Virus record (IMG/VR): IMGVR_UViG_3300027754_005796
Coordinates: 1-64,000 of that record
DNA from: a virus
Strand: one strand, 5' to 3'
DNA: 64,000 bases
Below the pieces are notes generated by a model, which was not told the origin of the DNA, did not search any database, and saw nothing but the letters and a program-made list of their open reading frames with translations. The translations under genes were made by a program, and so were the position numbers. How positions within the stretch are numbered: position 1 is the stretch's first letter; every line of letters begins with the position of its first letter. Positions 1 to 9,417 of the stretch are shown one piece after another.

Positions 1-3000
1 CTTGAGCACCTTGATTGCCTTGATTACCTTGGAATCCTTGAGCCCCTTGATTGCCTTGGAATCCTTGAGCACCTTGATTCCCTTGGAATCCTTGAGCGCC
101 TTGATTCCCTTGGAATCCTTGAGCACCTTGATTGCCTTGGAATCCTTGAGCACCCTGATTACCTTGGAATCCTTGTGCACCTTGATTGCCTTGATTCCCT
201 TGGAATCCTTGAGCACCCTGATTGCCTTGGAATCCTTGAGCCCCTTGATTGCCTTGGAATCCTTGAGCACCTTGATTCCCTTGGAATCCTTGAGCACCCT
301 GATTGCCTTGGAATCCTTGAGCCCCTTGATTGCCTTGGAATCCTTGGAATCCTTGAGCACCCTGATTGCCTTGGAATCCTTGAGCACCCTGATTGCCTTG
401 GAATCCTTGTGCACCTTGATTGCCTTGATTCCCTTGGAATCCTTGAGCACCCTGATTGCCTTGGAATCCTTGAGCACCTTGATTCCCTTGGAATCCTTGA
501 GCACCTTGATTGCCTTGATTCCCTTGGAATCCTTGAGCCCCTTGATTGCCTTGGAATCCTTGAGCACCCTGATTCCCTTGGAATCCTTGAGCACCCTGAT
601 TGCCTTGGAATCCTTGAGCACCCTGATTCCCTTGGAATCCTTGAGCTCCTATGCCTGCAAAAGAACCTGCAATTCCTTGATTGCCTTGGAATCCTTGAGT
701 GCCCTGATTGCCTTGAGCTCCATCGCCCTGAGCTCCAACACCAGCAGCACCTTGAGCACCTTGATTGCCTTGAAATCCTTGGTTTCCTATACCTGCAAAA
801 GAACCTGCAATTCCTTGATTGCCTTGGAATCCTTGAGCACCCTGATTACCTTGGAATCCTTGAGCACCCTGATTGCCTTGGAATCCTTGGCCTTGATTTC
901 CTTGGAAACCTTGATTTCCTTGGAAACCTTGATTTCCTTGATTTCCTTGCAGACCTTGATTGCCTTGAAATCCTTGAAAACCTTGTAGACCTCTAAGTCC
1001 TTGATTTCCTTGATTGCCTTGAAAACCTTGGAGTCCCTGAAAGCCTCTGAATCCTTGATTACCCTGAAGTCCACGAGCTCCTTGCTCGCCAGTCACGCCT
1101 TGATTTCCTTGCTCTCCTAAATCTCCTTGTGCTCCTACTATGCCTTGCAATCCTTGATATCCCTGTTCCCCTTGGAATCCTTGATATCCCTGAGCTCCAT
1201 CTTCTCCTTGATAGCCTTGGTATCCTTGTTCGCCTTGATTTCCCTGTAATCCAAAACCTTGATATCCTTGTCTGCCCTGAAATCCTTGGAATCCCTGCGC
1301 TCCAAATCCGACTTCGCCTTGTGGGCCTTGAGCGCCAACACTTCCAACGCTACCTTGAGAACCTGTATTTCCAGTATTTCCTTGAGCTCCTTGAGCGCCT
1401 TGAGCTCCATTATTGCCTTGTGCGCCTGTTGCACCCTGAGCGCCTTGGGCTCCCTGAGCTCCATCTAGTCCTGCATCACCTTGCGCACCTTGAGCGCCGA
1501 TTACTCCTTGGTTGCCCTGAAAACCCTTCTCTCCCTGAAAACCTTGGGCTCCTCTAGCTCCAGTTAATCCCTGCAATCCTTGCCCGCCTTGATTTCCTTG
1601 ACTTCCCTGTGAGCCCTGCGCTCCCGTGTTTCCATCGCTACCTTGGACACCTGTACTTCCAACTTCACCTTGTGCTCCTGCCGTACCTTGTAATCCTTGA
1701 TAACCCTGAGCGCCTTGGGCACCTTGTGCGCCCTGAGCGCCTGCATCTCCTTGAGCCCCTTGAGCACCTTGAGACCCTTGAGCTCCAGCGCCGGTAGTGC
1801 CCTGAGCACCTTGAGCACCTTGAGCTCCCTGAGCCCCTAGTACACCTTGATTGCCTTGCAATCCTTGGTTTCCAAATTCACCTTGATTTCCTTGCAGACC
1901 AGTTCCTTGATTTCCCTGAAGACCTTGCAATCCTATATTTCCTTGTGGCCCAGCAAGACCCTGAAATCCTTGATATCCGGTATATCCTTGATTTCCTTGT
2001 TGTCCAGTTAAGCCCTGCAATCCAGTTGCACCATCGTTTCCTTGATAGCCACGAAAGCCTTGATTGCCTTGATTTCCTTGTCTGCCTTGATTGCCTTGAA
2101 ATCCTTGGTTTCCTATTCCTGCAAAAGAACCTGCAATTCCTTGATTTCCTTGAAAACCTTGATTGCCCTGATTGCCTTGGAATCCTTGATTTCCTATTCC
2201 TGCAAAAGATCCTGCAATTCCTTGATTTCCTTGAAAACCTTGTCTGCCTTGATTACCTTGGAATCCTTGTTCGCCTTGATTTCCTTGGAATCCTTGTCCT
2301 TGATTTCCTTGATTACCTTGTCTGCCTTGATTTCCTTGGTTTCCTATTCCTGCAAAAGAACCTGCAATTCCTTGATTTCCTTGTAATCCTTGATTGCCCT
2401 GATTGCCTTGGAATCCTTGATTTCCTATTCCTGCAAAAGATCCTGCAATTCCTTGATTTCCTTGGAATCCTTGTTCACCTTGATTTCCTTGGAATCCTTG
2501 ATTGCCTTGATTGCCTTGATTGCCTTGAAAACCTTGCTCACCTTGATTACCTTGAAAGCCTTGCTCGCCTTGATTTCCTTGAAATCCTTGATTTCCTATT
2601 CCTGCAAAAGAGCCTGCAATTCCTTGATTTCCTTGGAATCCTTGTTCGCCTTGATTTCCTTGATTTCCTTGGAATCCTTGTTCACCTTGGAATCCTTGGA
2701 AACCTTGTCTTCCTTGATTGCCTTGAAAACCTTGATTTCCTTGATTTCCTTGGAAACCTTGTCTTCCTTGATTGCCTTGAAAACCTTGATTTCCTTGATT
2801 GCCTTGAAAACCTTGATTTCCTATGCCTGCAAAAGAACCTGCAATTCCTTGATTTCCTTGGAATCCTTGATTGCCTTGTCTGCCTTGATTTCCTTGGAAA
2901 CCTTGTTCACCTTGATTTCCTTGGAAACCTTGTCTGCCTTGGAAACCTTGATTTCCTTGATTGCCTTGGAATCCTTGATTTCCTTGGAATCCTTGATTAC

Positions 3001-3580
3001 CTTGTCTGCCTTGATTGCCTTGGTTTCCTATGCCTGCAAAAGAACCTGCAATTCCTTGATTTCCTTGGAATCCTTGTTCGCCTTGATTTCCTTGATTGCC
3101 TTGGTTTCCTATACCTGCAAAAGAACCTGCAATTCCTTGATTTCCTTGGAATCCTTGTTCGCCTTGATTTCCTTGGAATCCTTGATTTCCTTGTCTTCCT
3201 TGATTGCCTTGATAACCACGAAAACCTTGATTTCCTTGGAAACCTTGTTCGCCTTGATTGCCTTGGAGTCCTTGGTTTCCTATGCCTGCAAAAGAACCTG
3301 CAATTCCTTGATTGCCTTGAAAACCTTGTTCGCCTTGATTTCCTTGATTGCCTTGTCTGCCTTGATTTCCTTGTAATCCTTGAAAACCTTGATTACCTTG
3401 GAATCCTTGTCTACCTTGATTGCCTTGGAATCCTTGTCTGCCTTGATTTCCTTGGAATCCTTGGCCTTGATTTCCCAAAATTCCCTGAAATCCCTGCTCA
3501 CCTTGATTGCCTTGATTGCCTTGATATCCAGAAGGGGAGCCTTGAACGCCTTGAGAACCTTGATTGCCTTGTTCTCCCTG
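1..3580. repeat. 9-bp-period tandem repeat array (ccttgattg/ccttggaat variants) with 11 interspersed ~30-bp units
   Basis: Visible 9-nt periodicity; recurrent tcctatNcctgcaaaagaNcctgcaattcc unit encodes GIAGSFAGIG on the minus strand. Confidence 0.9.
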
Positions 3581-3724
3581 CATGTTGTCCACGCCAATTT
3601 TTGCGGAAACAACGAAATCTCTCAGGTCTTGGGCTGTGATGCCCCCTGCGATATTGTCGGCAAAAGCGCACAGTAGTTCTTCTTCAGTTCTTGGTGTACC
3701 TTGCGCTCCACATGGATCAGCCAT
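1..3724 (-). CDS. Collagen-like (Gly-X-Gln) fibre protein, partial (runs off left edge; about 1,241 codons in window)
   Basis: ATG at 3724 with AGGA SD upstream; MADPCGAQGTPRTEEELLCAFADNIAGGITAQDLRDFVVSAKIGVDNMQGEQGNQGSQG then continuous GFQ/GNQ/GAQ/GRQ triplets. The same frame reads G-A-Q at positions 10..2. Missing from the ORF track, consistent with no stop inside the window. Confidence 0.92.
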   Translation of the reverse strand, partial: MADPCGAQGTPRTEEELLCAFADNIAGGITAQDLRDFVVSAKIGVDNMQGEQGNQGSQGVQGSPSGYQGNQGNQGEQGFQGILGNQGQGFQGNQGRQGFQGNQGRQGFQGNQGFQGLQGNQGRQGNQGNQGEQGFQGNQGIAGSFAGIGNQGLQGNQGEQGFQGNQGFRGYQGNQGRQGNQGFQGNQGEQGFQGNQGIAGSFAGIGNQGNQGNQGEQGFQGNQGIAGSFAGIGNQGNQGRQGNQGFQGNQGFQGNQGNQGFQGRQGFQGNQGEQGFQGNQGRQGNQGFQGNQGIAGSFAGIGNQGFQGNQGNQGFQGNQGRQGFQGNQGNQGFQGNQGRQGFQGFQGEQGFQGNQGNQGEQGFQGNQGIAGSFAGIGNQGFQGNQGEQGFQGNQGEQGFQGNQGNQGNQGFQGNQGEQGFQGNQGIAGSFAGIGNQGFQGNQGNQGLQGNQGIAGSFAGIGNQGNQGRQGNQGNQGQGFQGNQGEQGFQGNQGRQGFQGNQGIAGSFAGIGNQGFQGNQGNQGFQGNQGIAGSFAGIGNQGFQGNQGRQGNQGNQGFRGYQGNDGATGLQGLTGQQGNQGYTGYQGFQGLAGPQGNIGLQGLQGNQGTGLQGNQGEFGNQGLQGNQGVLGAQGAQGAQGAQGTTGAGAQGSQGAQGAQGDAGAQGAQGAQGAQGYQGLQGTAGAQGEVGSTGVQGSDGNTGAQGSQGSQGNQGGQGLQGLTGARGAQGFQGEKGFQGNQGVIGAQGAQGDAGLDGAQGAQGAQGATGAQGNNGAQGAQGAQGNTGNTGSQGSVGSVGAQGPQGEVGFGAQGFQGFQGRQGYQGFGLQGNQGEQGYQGYQGEDGAQGYQGFQGEQGYQGLQGIVGAQGDLGEQGNQGVTGEQGARGLQGNQGFRGFQGLQGFQGNQGNQGLRGLQGFQGFQGNQGLQGNQGNQGFQGNQGFQGNQGQGFQGNQGAQGFQGNQGAQGFQGNQGIAGSFAGIGNQGFQGNQGAQGAAGVGAQGDGAQGNQGTQGFQGNQGIAGSFAGIGAQGFQGNQGAQGFQGNQGAQGFQGNQGAQGFQGNQGAQGFQGNQGNQGAQGFQGNQGAQGFQGNQGAQGFQGNQGNQGAQGFQGNQGAQGFQGNQGAQGFQGFQGNQGAQGFQGNQGAQGFQGNQGAQGFQGNQGAQGFQGNQGAQGFQGNQGNQGAQGFQGNQGAQGFQGNQGAQGFQGNQGAQGFQGNQGAQGFQGNQGAQGFQGNQGNQGAQ

Positions 3725-3737
3725 TTTTATTTCCTAA

Positions 3738-4106
3738 TTACCTAAAAGCGTTTTGATCAAAAGATGCAGAAAATTCCGTGCCTTGTCCATTTGCCAGATT
3801 TTCCTGAATGGTTCTACAAGCAATTGTTGCTAGTTCATATGAAACTGGATAACCCACCCAAGCTCCATCTGAAATGTTTCCAATACAAACAGATTGGTTG
3901 CTCTGGGTAGCACAACTGTAAAACCACTCTGCTTTGAAGCAACAATCTGCAAAAGGCGTTCTAAGTGGACAACTTGCAGATGTATTAACGATATTTGAGT
4001 CAGTTTTTTGGGCAGTCAAAGCCTTGCTCATTTGTATTTGACTGTTTCTAATAGCAATCATCGGAACAATTGATGTAGGATTTTTTGTTGGTCTTTGTCT
4101 TGCCAT
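3738..4106 (-). CDS. Hypothetical Cys-containing protein, possibly structural, upstream of the collagen gene
   Basis: 122-aa ORF with AGGAG SD, co-oriented with the collagen gene. Confidence 0.65.
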   Translation of the reverse strand: MARQRPTKNPTSIVPMIAIRNSQIQMSKALTAQKTDSNIVNTSASCPLRTPFADCCFKAEWFYSCATQSNQSVCIGNISDGAWVGYPVSYELATIACRTIQENLANGQGTEFSASFDQNAFR

Positions 4107-4122
4107 TTTACTCCTTTAATAA

Positions 4123-4404
4123 TTATTTCAGTTCAGGTCCTTGAGTTGCCATCTTTCTTATCAAGTCCGCTAGTGTTCCTTCGCCTGCTCGAACTTTTCC
4201 AATCACTTGTTCTTGAGCTTCATCGCTCAATTCCTTAAATTCTCCCAAACTGTTCAACATACTTATCAAGTTTTCTGGTTCCCAAGTATTGAGTGTTGCA
4301 GACAAACCTTCACTCCTATCTAAATTGAGTTTTCCAAGAACCAAATTCTTGTAAAACTCAAAGTCTTTTTCCTCATCTTCAAGCCAAATTTTGAAACTTA
4401 GCAT
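4123..4404 (-). CDS. Hypothetical protein with MLSFKIWLE N-terminus (putative virion internal protein)
   Basis: ORF 4123..4422; more likely start is ATG 4404; FKxWLE motif. Confidence 0.65.
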   Translation of the reverse strand: MLSFKIWLEDEEKDFEFYKNLVLGKLNLDRSEGLSATLNTWEPENLISMLNSLGEFKELSDEAQEQVIGKVRAGEGTLADLIRKMATQGPELK

Positions 4405-4449
4405 ATATTTTCTCACATACATTAAAAGCCGTATGATATATACATCTGT

Positions 4450-5262
4450 ATGAACAGATTGTCATTTAGTTATTGGCTTAAAAATGAAATGGCCAATTAC
4501 GGCTTTGGTGATACCACCAACCAGATAATGGGCGGAACCCAGTCAATGACCGGAGATAGCCTTTTTCAGCCTATCAATACATCTTTGATCATGAATGAAC
4601 TGGTCAAAATGCCAAATCTTGGAACTATTGAAGCAAATCAAATTTGGGATGATTGCATCCAATGGGGAACTGAACCCGGAGCTTTTAGCGCATCGATATC
4701 GCCTCTTGGCTCCATGAGAGTAGTCACCAGAAGGCTAACCAAGGACTTAGAAGGCACTCCAACTTGGATTTGCAAAGAAATTTATGGAATCAACGATTTT
4801 GACGACCAGCACAAAGAAAAACATATAGCTCATCGTGTATTTGATGAAATTGTAGAAATGAACAAAGAAAACCTTGATGCTCCTGTAAAAGAATACAACG
4901 ATATTGAAAAACTTGCTTGGAAGCTTTGGCACGCAACCAAAAAACAACATCCTTCATACATCATGTTTCCAACCACGCTCAGAAAACAGGATGAAAATTA
5001 TTACAAGTTAGTTTATGAATTCCGTGGACAGGGAGTTGGGACTCCCAACAACGGAAAAACTGGTCGTGCAGAACAATTCGATATAGATCTTGTCTATTAT
5101 CCAAAAAGAGGCTTAATTCGTTGTTTTGGATATGATATTGACAGCAGAATGAGGCAAAGAGATTGGTATGTATCGACTATGGAGTGGAATGAATTCTTTT
5201 CGCCCCACCAAGATGATACAAAAATAATTGAATCAATTATCAAGATTTTTTTGCAATATTAA
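4450..5262 (+). CDS. Hypothetical phage protein (MNRLSFSYWLKNE N-terminus)
   Basis: 270-aa ORF; ATATATA box 7 nt upstream. Confidence 0.75.
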   Translation: MNRLSFSYWLKNEMANYGFGDTTNQIMGGTQSMTGDSLFQPINTSLIMNELVKMPNLGTIEANQIWDDCIQWGTEPGAFSASISPLGSMRVVTRRLTKDLEGTPTWICKEIYGINDFDDQHKEKHIAHRVFDEIVEMNKENLDAPVKEYNDIEKLAWKLWHATKKQHPSYIMFPTTLRKQDENYYKLVYEFRGQGVGTPNNGKTGRAEQFDIDLVYYPKRGLIRCFGYDIDSRMRQRDWYVSTMEWNEFFSPHQDDTKIIESIIKIFLQY

Positions 5263-5979
5263 TCCTTCTTGCGGAAACAATTCCTGAAATTTCTTAAGAA
5301 CAAGATCGTTGATGCAAGGCTCATAGACCTTTACATCAAAATTGATTTTTTTATGATCTTCTTCTGTTAGCAATTTCTGAGCAAATGGCGAAATTGCTAA
5401 ATAATAAGGAGAAATTTTCTGTAGATTTATCCAGCGAAAAATATTTTTGTTAATGTGGCATTCTTGGATTTTTTCAAAAGTATAATCTCCACCAATTGTT
5501 TTTGCCAAAAACTCTTTGGTTTTTTCAATTCCTTCGAGCGCCTTCAAAATTGCCTGAGGAGATTTTTGTATCTCTTTATCAACCGGTCTTTTACAGATGA
5601 CATCGTATCTTCTCTTCCAAAGCTTCCATCGTTTCCAAGCTTTTTCACCAACCAAGCAGTTGGGATCAATAAGAGGAGTGGATTTTCCACTATTTATATG
5701 GCGCAAAACATCTAATTGTGCTTGAACATAAAGATGATATTCATCATTGGCAAGCACGCCTTGGGTTTCTCTAACCAATTTATAACAAATTTTAAATATT
5801 AAAGATTTTCTTGGATCGCCTTTGGCCATAGTGGCATGGCGATAATTTGGAAAAATCTTTCGGCTTTTGTCTAACCAAAGCAAATTGACTTTATAAGCCA
5901 TTGCTTCAAGCTCGTTCATTTCATATTCGATGATGGCATCGAGTCTCAAATCACCATCTCCATTTTTTCTTTTTGTCAT
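5233..5979 (-). CDS. Hypothetical protein
   Basis: 248-aa ORF with GAGG SD; no recognised motif. Confidence 0.7.
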   Translation of the reverse strand: MTKRKNGDGDLRLDAIIEYEMNELEAMAYKVNLLWLDKSRKIFPNYRHATMAKGDPRKSLIFKICYKLVRETQGVLANDEYHLYVQAQLDVLRHINSGKSTPLIDPNCLVGEKAWKRWKLWKRRYDVICKRPVDKEIQKSPQAILKALEGIEKTKEFLAKTIGGDYTFEKIQECHINKNIFRWINLQKISPYYLAISPFAQKLLTEEDHKKINFDVKVYEPCINDLVLKKFQELFPQEGLILQKNLDN

Positions 5980-6017
5980 ACTACCTCAATTTAGATTTTC
6001 CACAAGAGCGCCATCAA

Positions 6018-6905
6018 ATGAAAATAGTTTTTTGTCCTTTGGTCAGCAAAGATTTGCCAAGAGCAATTCGTGCCTGCAATTCAATTCGCAATCAGATGCC
6101 AACACAGTATCTTGAGCAACATTTAGTACCAATTATCAATTCAAAAGATAACGAATTTATTGATCAATTTGCAGAATGGTGTGAAACAGAGCGCATTCCT
6201 TACAGAATAACAAGGTCCAAAGGCACTCCAAGCAGAGGCAAAAACGAAGTTCTGAAGTTTTTTAGAGAATCTGAATATGATGGGATGAGTATGTTTGATG
6301 GAGACGACCTATTTTACCCATCTGCTGCACGACAAATTGAAAGACACTTGCTGCACCACCCCGGTACAGATGTCTTGATCACTAAGCCAAGCGATCAAAT
6401 AAACAACTGTCCAGAAAATGGTATTCCATTATCAGAAAATATTTTTGCATGTGTTTGGGACAGCAACTTTTATCCTATGCCTTACAATTACGGACCCGGA
6501 ACAGCAGATATTTTCATAGCTGGTCAATCAGCTTGCAGGAATTTAGGTGGACATGTCTTTTATAGCAAAAAAGTTGCAAATTTGGTTCAATATGACGAAG
6601 ATCAGTTGTTGGGAGAAGATGCGTTAATTGAATATGAAATGTTAAAATTACATCAAGAAGCAAAAATTTGTTTCTGGTTGACTTTTGCTACAGATATTCA
6701 ATTTCTTGATAGGTCTTATAATGGAAATATACAATCTGAAAGAAATGAAACAGATGGATATTTTTATTTTCAAAGGCTTTTAGGAAAGGTTCCTAACATG
6801 ATAGATGTCAATAGAAGCGCCTTTCGTGAGTTGCCTGTGGAGTTTCCTCCAATTATTTTTACTATACAACAAAAAATTGAATGGATTAGAACACAACTGA
6901 TTTAA
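6018..6905 (+). CDS. Glycosyltransferase-like protein (GT-A fold)
   Basis: ORF 5973..6905, probable start MKIVFCPL at 6018; 'GTPSRGKN' and DGDD (DxD) motif as in GT2. Confidence 0.6.
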   Translation: MKIVFCPLVSKDLPRAIRACNSIRNQMPTQYLEQHLVPIINSKDNEFIDQFAEWCETERIPYRITRSKGTPSRGKNEVLKFFRESEYDGMSMFDGDDLFYPSAARQIERHLLHHPGTDVLITKPSDQINNCPENGIPLSENIFACVWDSNFYPMPYNYGPGTADIFIAGQSACRNLGGHVFYSKKVANLVQYDEDQLLGEDALIEYEMLKLHQEAKICFWLTFATDIQFLDRSYNGNIQSERNETDGYFYFQRLLGKVPNMIDVNRSAFRELPVEFPPIIFTIQQKIEWIRTQLI

Positions 6906-6908
6906 GTC

Positions 6909-6936
6909 TTGACTTAGTGCAAAAATTATTTAAAAT
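6909..6936 (+). promoter_or_regulatory. Sigma70-like promoter preceding the structured noncoding region
   Basis: TTGACT (6909-6914), 16-nt spacer, TAAAAT (6931-6936). Confidence 0.6.
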
Positions 6937-6942
6937 CTAGTT

Positions 6943-7515
6943 ACTGTCGTTGGTAGGCTGGCTTGGTGTTTACAGGTCTTAAATGCCCTGTTCGTCGGCA
7001 AGTTACGCTGAAACTATTTAATAACTGAGATGAGCACTCGCTTGCTTCTTCGACTTTAAAAAGGTTTCGTACTACCTGATTAAAGTTGATGTAAAAACCT
7101 GTGGTGCCCCAAACTGGGTGAGTCTTTGTAGTTGTTGCGAAACAACGAATGCTGCTACGGGAAGCATTGTAAACCACAACAGAGAAGGTAAAGGCTGGGC
7201 GGCAAATTAGGCTGAATTTGCACAAGCAGACAGGGTGTGAACTGCCCAGATTTAGGACTCTGTAACCAAAGTACGCTGTATTGCGCAACTCATATGAGTT
7301 TGCATTGCAGGAGATTGATGTTTTGTAGAAGATTGATTAGGCTTAAACGCCAAAAAATTTGCTCTACTAAATTGATTTCTTCTAAAGGTATAAATTCTAT
7401 ATCTTTATAAATGCAAGAGCATCCTCGAGTCAGCCCCCCGGTGCAATATGGGATTGTAAAGCAGAATTTATAATTTTTTCTTGTTTCTTTTTGCCGTTGA
7501 CTTAATGGCAAAAAA
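6943..7515 (+). ncRNA. Candidate large structured ncRNA (core about 6960-7310), family unknown
   Basis: Long-range closing helix 6963-6984/7250-7269; helices 7050-7059/7080-7089, 7100-7105/7173-7178, 7131-7146 (GCGA tetraloop), 7195-7202/7242-7249, 7389-7398/7463-7472; pseudoknot 6985-6991/7230-7236; many G-U pairs point to the + strand. Confidence 0.65.
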
Positions 7516-7531
7516 ATTTCAGACTTAAATT

Positions 7532-8860
7532 ATGGATACATCAAAACTTGCTGAAACTTTGTCTCAAGTAGATCAACGCCATGTCTACATGCGTTGTAAC
7601 CCTGAAATCTTTGACTTTACAGACAAAGACTCCGTCTATGAGTTGCAGTTTTTTACTCATGGTGGTATGAATTTTACTATAAATTTAACAGACGATAATA
7701 TTCCTATAGTTTTGAGTATGCTTCGTATATCTCTCTTTCATAAAGATTGCAAGGTTTTGGTTTGGAATTGGAAATCTTTTGCTAGTTTTGTTTTATTCAA
7801 AACTAAAAAAGTCTACACAGTTGATGCTGCAATCATAGACTTGAAAATCATCGAATCTTTTTCAGGCTTCAAGCTCAAAGCTCCTAACGGCTTGGTAGAT
7901 GCCCTCAATAGGCTCAAAAATCTCATTACAGGCGGTTTCTGGAAGGATGTTGAGTCAACCTACAAAGTTGTTCATTTCCCCCTAATGACGACAGTTTTGC
8001 CCCATCTGGAGACAACTGGCGTTTTGAGCATCGAGAGTAGCAACAAGGTTTATGGTTATTACGAGATTGATGGTCAAGAGAATGGTCGTCTCAAGTGTCA
8101 TGGTGCTTTCAAACACAGCTTTGTGCCTCATGCTTTGAAGGCTGACACAAAAGCTGATCTGAAGCCAAGGTCGCAAGATGAGTTGTTTATGAACTTTGAT
8201 TTTCGAGGCATGGAGGTTTTTGTTCTAGCGCATTTAAGCGGCGATGAGCTTCTGAAAGAAATGTGTAAAGAAGTTGATATTTATTCATCTTTGTATAGGG
8301 AGTTGATGAAAAAGGAAATTTCTACAAAAGATGACAGGGAATTGGCAAAAAAATTATTTTTGCCGGTTATATATGGACAGTCTGCCTACTCGCTTTCTCA
8401 GCGATGTGGGTTTGCAATAGATATTGCAGAAGCTGTAGTCGAGCGAATTTGTTCTTCGTTCAAGGTCGCAGTTTCTTATGTCGCCGGATTTGAAAATCAT
8501 GTCAAACAACATGGTTACGCTAAAGACCTCTTTGGCAAAAGGCGCAGCAATTTTGAATCTGGCAAAGAGTATCTTGCACGCAATTTTGCCGTGCAATCAC
8601 CTGCTGCCACGATTTGTTCTGAAAAACTGATAAACCTTTATTTTGCTTTGAAAGACAAGGCTAATATCGCTTATACTGTTCATGATGGTTATGTGGTGTA
8701 TGCCACAAAAGACAATTGGAAACAGATTTATCAGATCGGCATGGATATTTTGACATCCGAATCTGATATGTGCGCCGGATTACGGCTTAAAGTGGCTTGC
8801 CGTGCCGGTCGAAATCTCAATGACCTTAAGCCCCTTGGTCGCAAAGGAGAAAAATGTTAG
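7532..8860 (+). CDS. Truncated family A DNA polymerase (palm and fingers, no thumb, degenerate exonuclease-like N-terminus)
   Basis: Motif A FDFRGMEVFVLAHLSGD, motif B RELAKKLFLPVIYG, RNFAVQSPAA, motif C VHDG; LETTGV and NGRL only about 20 aa apart. Confidence 0.85.
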   Translation: MDTSKLAETLSQVDQRHVYMRCNPEIFDFTDKDSVYELQFFTHGGMNFTINLTDDNIPIVLSMLRISLFHKDCKVLVWNWKSFASFVLFKTKKVYTVDAAIIDLKIIESFSGFKLKAPNGLVDALNRLKNLITGGFWKDVESTYKVVHFPLMTTVLPHLETTGVLSIESSNKVYGYYEIDGQENGRLKCHGAFKHSFVPHALKADTKADLKPRSQDELFMNFDFRGMEVFVLAHLSGDELLKEMCKEVDIYSSLYRELMKKEISTKDDRELAKKLFLPVIYGQSAYSLSQRCGFAIDIAEAVVERICSSFKVAVSYVAGFENHVKQHGYAKDLFGKRRSNFESGKEYLARNFAVQSPAATICSEKLINLYFALKDKANIAYTVHDGYVVYATKDNWKQIYQIGMDILTSESDMCAGLRLKVACRAGRNLNDLKPLGRKGEKC

Positions 8861-9414
8861 ACATATGCACTACTTTTCGTATCACCGAAGATGAATATTT
8901 GGAGTTGGAGAGGCGTTTTGGAAAATTGACTTGGCACGCTGCCCATGAGCTTAAAAAGAAAAATTCCAACAACAATTTCATCGAAGACGCAGAAGATATC
9001 AAACAAGAATTGCAAATGTCAATGTTGCGTGCAGGTTCTTATTACAAGCGTCAAGTTTATATCGAAAAATGTCTTGCTGTCGCAAAGAAATATGCCACAG
9101 ACAAGTTTGTTTTGTCTGTTGTCGAAGAACTAGAAAATTTGTGGGCCAATCGAACCCGTCATGGGGCAAATCGTCAAAAATATGGGAAATTTCAAGAAAA
9201 AATTCTTGATAGTATCGTTAGAAAGTTAGTGCCCAAAAACGAAAGTCCCGATAAGTTCGCACCTCTTAGAATTGATGCTAAATTTGCAACTTATTGCAAA
9301 GCAATCGTGTGGAATGGCCAGAAAAGCATGGGTAAGAAAATTACTCGTGAAAAATCCATTCGCAGCGGAATGGTTTCTTTAAGTGAGTTTGATTATTTGC
9401 AGCAGACTCATTAA
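8854..9414 (+). CDS. Sigma70 region-2-like protein (possible phage late sigma factor)
   Basis: AEDIKQELQMSMLRAGSYY (region 2.2-like) and KFATYCKAIVWN (2.3/2.4-like); no region 4; overlaps the polA stop. Confidence 0.55.
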   Translation: MLDICTTFRITEDEYLELERRFGKLTWHAAHELKKKNSNNNFIEDAEDIKQELQMSMLRAGSYYKRQVYIEKCLAVAKKYATDKFVLSVVEELENLWANRTRHGANRQKYGKFQEKILDSIVRKLVPKNESPDKFAPLRIDAKFATYCKAIVWNGQKSMGKKITREKSIRSGMVSLSEFDYLQQTH

Positions 9415-9417
9415 TTA

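Noticed and set aside
1-3580. Possible CRISPR array (recurring ~30-bp unit)
   Set aside because: Units are irregularly spaced, in frame, and separated by collagen repeats rather than unique spacers; no cas genes.
2-3676. Long Leu/Ser/Ile-rich + strand ORFs and short K/I-rich minus-strand ORFs
   Set aside because: They are antisense or off-frame shadows of the 9-bp collagen repeat; the real frame is G-x-Q on the minus strand.
6941-7511. Minus-strand ORFs of 115 aa and 73 aa
   Set aside because: No motifs or clear RBS; the region is better explained by + strand RNA structure.
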